A DNA stretch of 46,795 nucleotides from a virus (lineage: Duplodnaviria; Caudoviricetes): positions 1 to 46,795 of IMG/VR virus record IMGVR_UViG_3300026196_000009; one strand, 5' to 3'. Under the pieces are notes generated by a model that made no database searches, was not told the DNA's origin, and saw only the letters and a program-made list of their open reading frames with translations. Of this stretch, positions 9,529 through 17,256 are shown one piece after another; within the stretch, counting starts at the first letter, position 1, and each line of letters begins with the position of its first letter. The position numbers and the translations under genes are program-made.

Positions 9529-10376
9529 CTGATTCAGTCGACATTTTGTTCCCTGTGGGACGCCTCGTTGCAGGTAGCCCATCAGAGATCCAGCAAGTAA
9601 CAGACCCAGTAACTGGCCAGCCTAAAATTAACCAAAGCACGGGCCTGCAGCGGGAAGAGTACTACATAGGCTGCGCTATCCCCAAACAGGGTGAAGCCAA
9701 TTGGTGGGACACACCATGGGGCGCAAAGATCGTACAAGTGGGCTACGCGGCGTTCCCTGGAGGCCAGGCGCAGCAACCTACCTTCGCGTGGAAAATTGTA
9801 AACGGTGATAGCACTGTTCCTAATAGAGCTGGCAAGATCCCGGCATCACTACCTGGGCACGCAGGTTGCTGGATTGTTTCTATGAAGACGGCCTTTCAGC
9901 CACAGTACAGAAGTGCTGACGGCATGCAGGCGATATCTGGTGATCAGTTCTACAAAGGTTGCTACATCCAATGTCATGCAACACTGGCAGGCAACGGTGC
10001 TCTGGCAAACCCAGGCATCTACATTAATGTGGATATCGTAGCACTCTCAGGCCATGGTGAGCGCATCAATTCAGGACCTGACGCTACCACTCTTGGATTC
10101 GGTGGTGCTCTACCCCCAGGTGCCAGCGCGACACCTATGGGAAACTCAGGTGTATCACAGAATACACCCGCACCTGCTCAGGCCCAACAGCCCGCGCCCA
10201 TGCAACAGCCTGCCCAGATGCAACAGCCTGCCCCGGCTCAGCAACCTGCGGCACCTGCGGGGCATACTGTCCAGCCTGGGTATGGGGCACCTGCGACTGC
10301 ACCACAGACTGTGGCATCCCCTACTGAGCCCTACTACGGAGCTATGGGCGGACCAGCTCCACCTCCGCAACGATAA
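9525..10376 (+). CDS. ssDNA-binding protein (DUF2815-type) with Pro/Gln-rich tail
   Basis: WKIVNGD, YKGCYI and NPGIYIN motifs; lies between exonuclease and PolA. Confidence 0.7.
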   Translation: MTDSVDILFPVGRLVAGSPSEIQQVTDPVTGQPKINQSTGLQREEYYIGCAIPKQGEANWWDTPWGAKIVQVGYAAFPGGQAQQPTFAWKIVNGDSTVPNRAGKIPASLPGHAGCWIVSMKTAFQPQYRSADGMQAISGDQFYKGCYIQCHATLAGNGALANPGIYINVDIVALSGHGERINSGPDATTLGFGGALPPGASATPMGNSGVSQNTPAPAQAQQPAPMQQPAQMQQPAPAQQPAAPAGHTVQPGYGAPATAPQTVASPTEPYYGAMGGPAPPPQR

Positions 10377-10386
10377 TCCTCAACTC

Positions 10387-10408
10387 GGTCGGGCCTTCGG
10401 GTCCGGCC
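10387..10408 (+). other. stable cUUCGg hairpin after SSB (mRNA stabiliser or weak terminator)
   Basis: GGTCGGGCC-TTCG-GGTCCGGCC, no U tract. Confidence 0.6.
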
Positions 10409-10429
10409 ACTACCCTGGAGGAAAGTTTA

Positions 10430-10696
10430 ATGAAATTTCAAATATTAACGAAAGGTGGACTGAGATTTGCATATGACAATACAAACCTTAGCTGGCAACA
10501 CGGCATGGTTGAAGGCTCAAGGGATGAGCTAGACAAATCGGTAGTAGAAGTGTTGGATTCGACTGATCCTGAGGTAGTAGTGGTACATAGTCAGGTTGTT
10601 GCAGTAGGGTTAGTTGACGAACACTCACAGTTAGTGCTCCCACCCGATCGTATGACCGAACAATGCCCTCAATGTGGATATAAAGAGTATATTTAG
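10430..10696 (+). CDS. hypothetical protein with C-terminal CPQCG
   Basis: 88 aa, GGAGG RBS. Confidence 0.7.
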   Translation: MKFQILTKGGLRFAYDNTNLSWQHGMVEGSRDELDKSVVEVLDSTDPEVVVVHSQVVAVGLVDEHSQLVLPPDRMTEQCPQCGYKEYI

Positions 10697-10705
10697 TGCG
10701 GGGGG

Positions 10706-10876
10706 ATGATGAAAGATCCTATATTTTCAGCAGTTGAAACATTGAGGGCGAAGTGGTGGGAGATATGGTTAGCTCGTATCTTCGGTAAGAAGCACGTTGC
10801 CACTGATTCTGATTGCACTGTAACGATGTACGAATGGCGCGGGAAAAGATATCTAACAAACTGTACATATAATTGA
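10706..10876 (+). CDS. 56-aa hypothetical protein (below the ORF track cutoff)
   Basis: MMKDPIFSAVETLRAKWWEIWLARIFGKKHV...MYEWRGKRYLTNCTYN; G-rich RBS. Confidence 0.65.
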   Translation: MMKDPIFSAVETLRAKWWEIWLARIFGKKHVATDSDCTVTMYEWRGKRYLTNCTYN

Positions 10877-10879
10877 TAG

Positions 10880-10939
10880 CACTAACGACCAGCATCAGTG
10901 GGGTGAGGTACGAACCTCCATTGTATGCGCTTGTTATAA
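10880..10939 (-). mobile_element. integron attC-like recombination site (60 bp)
   Basis: Minus strand: R'' TTATAAC, 5 nt, L'' CATACAAT, central hairpin, L' ACTGATG, 6 nt, R' GTTAGTG; canonical 7-5-8/7-6-7 geometry with one extra base in L''. Confidence 0.75.
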
Positions 10940-10960
10940 ACCAATATTGGAGATAAAAAA

Positions 10961-11260
10961 ATGGCGAGATATATTAAAAAACCTGTAGCAATTGAGGCTG
11001 TTGAATGGACTGGAAAAAACTTACTTGAAGTAATCCGATTTACCGGTCAACACGCATCAGCAACAGATTATAAATGGGAAGAATACGAGGATTTAGTAGA
11101 GAGAGAGGGTTTGAAAATATTTACGCTTGAAGGCTCTCACATGGCTACTGTCGGGGATATGATTATTAAAGGGGTGCACGGTGAGTGTTACCCATGTAAA
11201 CCCGATATTTTTAAAAAGACCTATTACACCGAAGATGAGTATGCGGCTTTAGGTTTATAA
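10961..11260 (+). CDS. conserved phage protein (PGDYG-like), cargo of the putative cassette
   Basis: KKPVAIEAVEW...TLEG...GDMIIKGVHGECYPCKPDIF. Confidence 0.8.
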   Translation: MARYIKKPVAIEAVEWTGKNLLEVIRFTGQHASATDYKWEEYEDLVEREGLKIFTLEGSHMATVGDMIIKGVHGECYPCKPDIFKKTYYTEDEYAALGL

Positions 11261-11370
11261 CGTTAGCTAGTAAGACGCAGGCAAAAGCTTGTATTAATTT
11301 AAAACTGAAAAAGGTGAAAAATATGAACACATTGAAAAAAATCGCGTTGGTTATGACTGGCTTGTTAGTC
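11255..11370 (-). mobile_element. degenerate long attC-like site
   Basis: Plus strand TTATAAC-gtt-AGCTAGT-AA-GACGC ... GCGTT-ggttatg-ACTGGCT-t-GTTAGTC; imperfect arms. Confidence 0.4.
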
Positions 11371-11736
11371 GTTGGTTGCCAAGATGATGCGTATATAGCA
11401 AGCAGGAATTTATCGAAAGCTGCTGATAATTTTGAGATTACAAGAAGGGTTGTTTTTTATAACGGAATTACGGGGGAATACATGCTCTCACTAGAAGGGC
11501 TTTGCTCTGTTGAGAACAACGGCAAGCGCCTAGCTGTAACGTGTAAGACTGGACGCAATGCATTCAAAAAACACTATTTAGGTTTGTCGGATAACGTTAC
11601 TTACTTTTCTGAGCAGATGGAAGCCTCGCCAGTGAGCGTGTATCACTACAGAGTTACTTTTAAGCCGCAAGCAATTTTACCTAATATTGATTTCCGTGGT
11701 GATGCTGTGACACCTGACAAAGACGTAGAGCTTTAG
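11323..11736 (+). CDS. phage lipoprotein
   Basis: Signal peptide and lipobox LVVGC; AAGGTG RBS. Confidence 0.8.
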   Translation: MNTLKKIALVMTGLLVVGCQDDAYIASRNLSKAADNFEITRRVVFYNGITGEYMLSLEGLCSVENNGKRLAVTCKTGRNAFKKHYLGLSDNVTYFSEQMEASPVSVYHYRVTFKPQAILPNIDFRGDAVTPDKDVEL

Positions 11737-12030
11737 ATGATGACTGCTGATGAAAGAATTTTTGAATGGGTCTTCGAGGGCCTGAATGATCAAGGTGAGA
11801 TGGTTGATACCTTCTTTGAGACCAGCTTACCGGCTGCGATGAACCACGCGAGCGATGACTACCGCAGGCACAACATTGCCCTCATTCGTGCAGTAGTGCG
11901 CACTACCGACGGGTCTATTAAGTCTGTGACCTACGCGTACCTGAAGAATGGATCGCTGCCCTCCAACTTTGATGATGGGTCGTCGATCCCTGATGCCTTC
12001 GTGCGAGAACTTGTGAGAACAATTCAATGA
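11737..12030 (+). CDS. hypothetical protein
   Basis: 97 aa, abuts the upstream stop, ATGA overlap downstream. Confidence 0.7.
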   Translation: MMTADERIFEWVFEGLNDQGEMVDTFFETSLPAAMNHASDDYRRHNIALIRAVVRTTDGSIKSVTYAYLKNGSLPSNFDDGSSIPDAFVRELVRTIQ

Positions 12031-12305
12031 GTAAATACCACAAATTGTTTATCCAGAATCCAAATGAGTACCGGAGTGTGCTACTGAACGGTGGTGAGAT
12101 GGATGTATACCAACGCATAGTTGAGAGGGGGATGACTGATGTTACCTCGCGCGATGTTAAGCAGCTGGAGAAGCGCTGGGGCCTGGAGTACTCATCGTTT
12201 GTGCTCAAGCGACTGTTCGTGAAGGGCTACCTCACTCGGTCCCAGCGCCAGGACGCTACAGGTGGGATCTACTATATCTACAACCTGGCAGACATCGATG
12301 ACTGA
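12027..12305 (+). CDS. putative winged-helix DNA-binding protein
   Basis: VTSRDV...SSFVLKRLFVKGYLTR...GGIYYIY resembles a BlaI/MarR-type wHTH. Confidence 0.6.
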   Translation: MSKYHKLFIQNPNEYRSVLLNGGEMDVYQRIVERGMTDVTSRDVKQLEKRWGLEYSSFVLKRLFVKGYLTRSQRQDATGGIYYIYNLADIDD

Positions 12306-14280
12306 GCTAAGCCTCGATTACGAGACCTTCTCCGAGATAGATATCGTGAAGCAGGGTGGTGGAAAGTACGTACGAGACCCATCTACTGAGATTCTGATGC
12401 TGGGGTGGGCATTCGACGATGATCCTGTGCAACTGTGGGAGCCTCACCTGGGACCCATGCCCAATGAGTTGAGAGAGGGTATGGAGGATCCGCATGTAGA
12501 GAAGTGGGCATTCAACGCAGCATTCGAAGATGGCATCACCAAATACCAGAGTGATATTAAAGTGCCGAAGTGGACATGGCGTTGCACGCAGTTCCTCGCG
12601 TATGGATTATCGTTCTCAGGAGGCCTGGACAGTATACTAAAGCAAGTTGGATTCCCGGAGCACTTGTGGAAGAACGCCGACGGAAAGAAACTGATACGCA
12701 AGTTCTCAGTGCCTCAACCTCGTAACCAAAAAGTCCGCCGTTGGACGTACGGTACTGCTCCAGAGATGTGGGAGGACTTCTGCGGGTACTGTAAGCAAGA
12801 TGTGGAAGTCGAGCGTGCATTGCGAAAGTGGGTGAAGCAATTCGACCCCATCTCGGATGATGAGTGGCAAACATGGTTGATGGATCAGGACATCAACAAC
12901 GCGGGCATCCCTATAGACCGGATCCTGATATCCACAGCGCGGGCCTCTGTTACTGTACGCAAAAACCAGATCATAGATAGGATGCGACAGGTCACCGGAT
13001 TAGATAACCCTGGTAGCCGGGCTCAACTACAGCCGTGGCTACAAGAGAGAACACGGGTGCCCCTCAGCAACATGCAAGCAAACACCCTGGAGTGGGCGCA
13101 GGCACGAGTTGAAGACCCTGTACTTGAGGGTGTCATACAGGACATGCTCTGGGTCTCTCAGACAGCGACAGCAAAGTGGGATGCCTTCGACCGGATGGAG
13201 TGTGATGACCATACTCTTAAAGGCATGTTTATGCCCGGGGGTGCATCACGTACTCGCAGGTACGCGTCTAGAGGTATCAACCTGCAGAACCTTAAGCGGC
13301 CACTGAAGGGCGTAGATATGGATACAGTTTGTCAGGCCATTAAAGATCTAAGCTTGGCGCAGCTCTACCCAGACTATGAAGTCATGGATCTGCTGGCCGC
13401 GTCGGTGCGCGGCGCGATAGCAGCACCTGAAGGTAAGAAGCTGGCGGTTAGTGACCTGGGTTCCATCGAGTCGAGGGTCTTAGGCTGGATGTCAGGATGC
13501 ACGCGTATCATCAACACGTTTGCTGCAGGTAAAGATACTTACAAAGACTTTGCGATGGAGCTGTTCCAGGTACTGTACGATGAGGTCACCAAGGACCAGC
13601 GTGGGTTCAGCAAACCACCCACCTTGGGATGTGGCTATCAGCTGGGCGCTGGTGGCCTCGTAGCGTACGCGGAGGACATGGGAGTCTCTATGTCTCGGGC
13701 AGAAGCTGATCGAGCTGTGAGCACGTTCAGGCGCGTGTATCCTGAGATCCCTGCTATGTGGCGTTGGTTGATCGAAGCGATCACATACGTGGTTCAGGGA
13801 GGCGGTACTATGAGCGGGTACCGAGTTCATATCTACCGGGACCTAGAGTTCCTTTATATTCAGCTGCCATCGGGGCGCAGATTAGCGTACCACAAGCCTG
13901 AGATCCAACCTCGTGAGATCCACTGGGTTGATGCAGACGGAGTGCCGCAGAGCATGGTTAAGCCAAGCTTCACTTATATGGGCATCAACCGTTTTAATAT
14001 GCAGTGGGAGCGCATCTCTACTCATGGTGGTGGTGTCACAGAGAACATTGTGCAAGCCATCTCTCGTGATATACTAGTGTATCAGATGAGGCTATCCATG
14101 AACCGGGGACACGATGTGCGAGGTCACGTACACGATGAGATAATCACAGTGTGCCCAGATCAGAACGCAGAGGCATGGCTCGAGAGCCTGAGAGGTCTCA
14201 TGTGCATCAGCCCACCGTGGGCACAGGATTTATTGCTGGGTGCTGAAGGCTACACTGCCAAGCACTACAGAAAAGATTAA
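12298..14280 (+). CDS. family A DNA polymerase with 3'-5' exonuclease
   Basis: ExoI DYET, ExoII FNAAFE, ExoIII YCKQD; motif A SDLGSIESR, motif B RGFSKPPTLGCGY, motif C HVHDE. Confidence 0.95.
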   Translation: MTELSLDYETFSEIDIVKQGGGKYVRDPSTEILMLGWAFDDDPVQLWEPHLGPMPNELREGMEDPHVEKWAFNAAFEDGITKYQSDIKVPKWTWRCTQFLAYGLSFSGGLDSILKQVGFPEHLWKNADGKKLIRKFSVPQPRNQKVRRWTYGTAPEMWEDFCGYCKQDVEVERALRKWVKQFDPISDDEWQTWLMDQDINNAGIPIDRILISTARASVTVRKNQIIDRMRQVTGLDNPGSRAQLQPWLQERTRVPLSNMQANTLEWAQARVEDPVLEGVIQDMLWVSQTATAKWDAFDRMECDDHTLKGMFMPGGASRTRRYASRGINLQNLKRPLKGVDMDTVCQAIKDLSLAQLYPDYEVMDLLAASVRGAIAAPEGKKLAVSDLGSIESRVLGWMSGCTRIINTFAAGKDTYKDFAMELFQVLYDEVTKDQRGFSKPPTLGCGYQLGAGGLVAYAEDMGVSMSRAEADRAVSTFRRVYPEIPAMWRWLIEAITYVVQGGGTMSGYRVHIYRDLEFLYIQLPSGRRLAYHKPEIQPREIHWVDADGVPQSMVKPSFTYMGINRFNMQWERISTHGGGVTENIVQAISRDILVYQMRLSMNRGHDVRGHVHDEIITVCPDQNAEAWLESLRGLMCISPPWAQDLLLGAEGYTAKHYRKD

Positions 14281-14288
14281 TTAAGGGG

Positions 14289-14408
14289 TGACTCTCTATT
14301 CCTCAAGAAGATCCCGGTTATAAGGGTACCGGCAAGAGTCGATGATGTGCTGCAGTATGTATCCCCATGGTATGACATGACGTACTGCAGTTATGGTGAG
14401 GAGAGTCA
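14289..14408. ncRNA. candidate structured intergenic element (multibranch)
   Basis: TGACTCTC/GAGAGTCA outer stem enclosing CCGGT/ACCGG and CTGCAGTA/TACTGCAG hairpins. Confidence 0.35.
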
Positions 14409-14683
14409 GGTAAGTATGAATCTCACCAATCATCGGCACCCCCTATACTTTAGAAGAAGAATTCTTCTACGAACACAAAGCCATCCGCGCCGGATGAATC
14501 AGAAAATCACATTGTTCCAGATATGATTTTCGGGGCGTCAATGTACGCGCTGCAACATGATCAAGTCGATTTTGAGATATTGCAGGATTTCCATTTTATC
14601 AGTTTTAGGACTGAATGCGGGGATATTTGCCCGTGTTTGATACTTATTCTCTCTTCTGTGAATGAAGCCCCCAGCTGAAAGGA

Positions 14684-14767
14684 TTATACCAAGGCATACC
14701 AATACACCCACATTGTCACACTGATTACTCCTGCACCCACTGTTTTAACAATGCCCCAAAGTTTCAT
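14684..14767 (-). CDS. 27-aa hydrophobic peptide downstream of the tailspike
   Basis: MKLWGIVKTVGAGVISVTMWVYWYALV; starts 1 nt after the tailspike stop; GGAG upstream. Confidence 0.35.
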   Translation of the reverse strand: MKLWGIVKTVGAGVISVTMWVYWYALV

Positions 14768-14768
14768 A

Positions 14769-17159
14769 TTAATGAACTCCAACCCATGCGCCACCGCGTC
14801 TTATATAAAAGTTATCTGTAGTACCTACACCATCTTCTCGTGAATAAGTAGAACCATTAGGTGCTTGACTACCTGCACTGGGGGCACCTAAAGCTGACCA
14901 ACTAAAATGTCCTGCTGTTGGTATACTAAACCATCCAAAATCTGTAATAGTTCCAGATAAAAAGAAACTTTCAATATCTACTCTGTCTATGGTTTTACTT
15001 CCTGTAGCTCCCCACGCAACAGGAGTTACTGTAATACCTACTGCGTCATGTACAAACTTAGTATTATTAAATGAAACTCTATCTGATGTGCCAAAACTAA
15101 CTCCTGAGTAAGCAGCATTATCTGATAATAACCAATTCTCTATAATAGTATTTGTAAAATCGGCATCAATCACTTCTGTTGAAGACCCTAAATACGCCCC
15201 GTGAAATTGAGTATCTTTGATTCGTACCCTATTGAACTTTCCTCGTAAAGAAGCACCGACTAAAACCCCTGACTCAGCACATCCATTTATAAAAACATCT
15301 TCAACAGTAAAATCTGTAGGTACATATCCGTTATCGAATGTAGCTGTTCTTATCCCGTTAGTCCCACAGTTCTCACCGACTATATTTTTATAAACGGACC
15401 GCTTAGATTCATCTATAAAAGTACCCCATCCTGCAACAACAGTGTGTTCTGCATTAATCAATAGAACCTCGCCCTGTGCATCTATACTATATAGCCCATC
15501 TATAATAGAGTCATTAGCCTGACAATCTAAAGCAGGAGTATAGCCATAAGTTGCTGTATCATGGTTGCCTGTAGCTGTTATTTTAGTATTATAAAATCTA
15601 ATTTTATTGCTGCCAGATGATATGTGAACACCTGACTTTGGTGTTCCTTCAATAACCGTATCTCTAAATACAATATTCTCTGAATTTACTGATATTGAAA
15701 TACCGTTATATACAGCAGATAAAGATTGCGCTTGAGCATTGTCAGAATATATTCGTGTGTTGTAAAAATATATATCCTTTGAGTTGTTAATGTTAATCAA
15801 TCCTGCGTTATCTTGACCATATCCTGCTGTTACTACCCTTAAATTATATATATTCCAATTAACTAATTGACTAATACCGAATGTACCATCACCAAATTGG
15901 AATACTATATTGTCTGACGTTTGTGTTACATAACTACCATTAGTGAATCTAACTGTTTTATCGTTTTCAATAGGGATTGTTATCCTAGCATCTACAGACG
16001 GTGAAGTATCAAATACTATCTCATCAATTGTTGATAGTAAATCAGCTAAAAATTGAACCCCTGTTGAATCTGTAACACCTGTTTGTAACCCTAGTTGTGA
16101 CGATTTTACAGAACTTCCGTATCTTAAAACTAGGCTTGTGTCTGAATCTCCTACCACAATGTCGTATCCATTTTCAACAACAGAAGAAGCTAACACCGCA
16201 TCCCATGTAGCACCACCACCTGACCCACTTACACGCTCCTTAAGAACTAAAACATCACCAACAGATATATTGGATACGTCTGCTATTGCTAGGGCTAGAG
16301 TGTTGTATTGCCTTACTGGGTTAGCTCTAAGTGCTGCTTCTACTGTAGTAGCTACAGTTGCTGTGCCAGCGGGGGTGTAAGGTATGACTGAGGCATTGGG
16401 GATGTCTACAGTGGTATTGACTGTAAGGATGTTACCGGAGCGTACACTGGTGCCGGTAACATCTCCGGTTAAGGACACCTCAGACACTGTGGAATCTAAG
16501 GCCTCCTCAACAGAGATAGTAGACCCACCCACCGGTGTATATGATATCGCGGCAGCGTCAGTAGTTGACGGCGTGGAAGAGCTGTTGATCGTCTGGAAAG
16601 TGACTATAGCGCCCCCCGTCTGACCGACAAGGAATTCTATAGAGTATCCGTCAGGCAGCACGGTATATGCAGATGGGGATATCAGAACCCCGTCCACGTA
16701 AACGAGGGTCGACCCTTCTATGACAGGGTTAGAGCTGGTAAAGATTGTCTGACTGGCAGTGGCGGCGATCTCCTCTGTAACGATAGGACTCAGCACTATG
16801 CCGGGTAGTGTAGAGAACGTCACGCTGGTGCTGCCTACATTAAACTCTCCAGACGCTAAGACATCCGCTCTGTACAATGTGCCAGTATCTGTAGTCAGCA
16901 CCAGCACTCCATTGACCACATCCTTAGCGCCGTTCCAGTCCTTGGCCCTCGTCCACGTAGTGTTGCTGACGTTGTATATCCCATTCTCGGTGCTCGAGGC
17001 CTGGTCTTTAACTAGCACACGATCACCCGAGACGACGCTAGTGCCGGCTATGGTCTGCTCACCGAACAGTGTTATCTGGAGATCAGTAGCTGCGTCTACC
17101 GGAGACTTAACTGCTTCTGCCGGTACTATGCCCAGCCTGCTTTGTGATGTGCTTGTCAT
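14769..17159 (-). CDS. tailspike/tail fibre with right-handed beta-helix (pectin-lyase-like) domain
   Basis: N-terminal GDRVLVKDQ..ENGIY fibre anchor, GGGATW motif, Asn/Ile/Gly beta-helix repeats, C-terminal APNGSTY. Confidence 0.85.
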   Translation of the reverse strand: MTSTSQSRLGIVPAEAVKSPVDAATDLQITLFGEQTIAGTSVVSGDRVLVKDQASSTENGIYNVSNTTWTRAKDWNGAKDVVNGVLVLTTDTGTLYRADVLASGEFNVGSTSVTFSTLPGIVLSPIVTEEIAATASQTIFTSSNPVIEGSTLVYVDGVLISPSAYTVLPDGYSIEFLVGQTGGAIVTFQTINSSSTPSTTDAAAISYTPVGGSTISVEEALDSTVSEVSLTGDVTGTSVRSGNILTVNTTVDIPNASVIPYTPAGTATVATTVEAALRANPVRQYNTLALAIADVSNISVGDVLVLKERVSGSGGGATWDAVLASSVVENGYDIVVGDSDTSLVLRYGSSVKSSQLGLQTGVTDSTGVQFLADLLSTIDEIVFDTSPSVDARITIPIENDKTVRFTNGSYVTQTSDNIVFQFGDGTFGISQLVNWNIYNLRVVTAGYGQDNAGLININNSKDIYFYNTRIYSDNAQAQSLSAVYNGISISVNSENIVFRDTVIEGTPKSGVHISSGSNKIRFYNTKITATGNHDTATYGYTPALDCQANDSIIDGLYSIDAQGEVLLINAEHTVVAGWGTFIDESKRSVYKNIVGENCGTNGIRTATFDNGYVPTDFTVEDVFINGCAESGVLVGASLRGKFNRVRIKDTQFHGAYLGSSTEVIDADFTNTIIENWLLSDNAAYSGVSFGTSDRVSFNNTKFVHDAVGITVTPVAWGATGSKTIDRVDIESFFLSGTITDFGWFSIPTAGHFSWSALGAPSAGSQAPNGSTYSREDGVGTTDNFYIRRGGAWVGVH

Positions 17160-17256
17160 CTTACATTATCCTCCACGACCATGATTTTTTGGGGAGCACT
17201 TCGACTCAGCCAGGTCCACTTGGGTACTCGGATTACTCTCAGTATGTAGTACTTTG

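Noticed and set aside
14400-14767. Stop-codon reassignment or a frameshifted gene after the tailspike
   Set aside because: All core genes are intact under the standard code and many end in TGA or TAG. The broken frames here give no recognisable protein.
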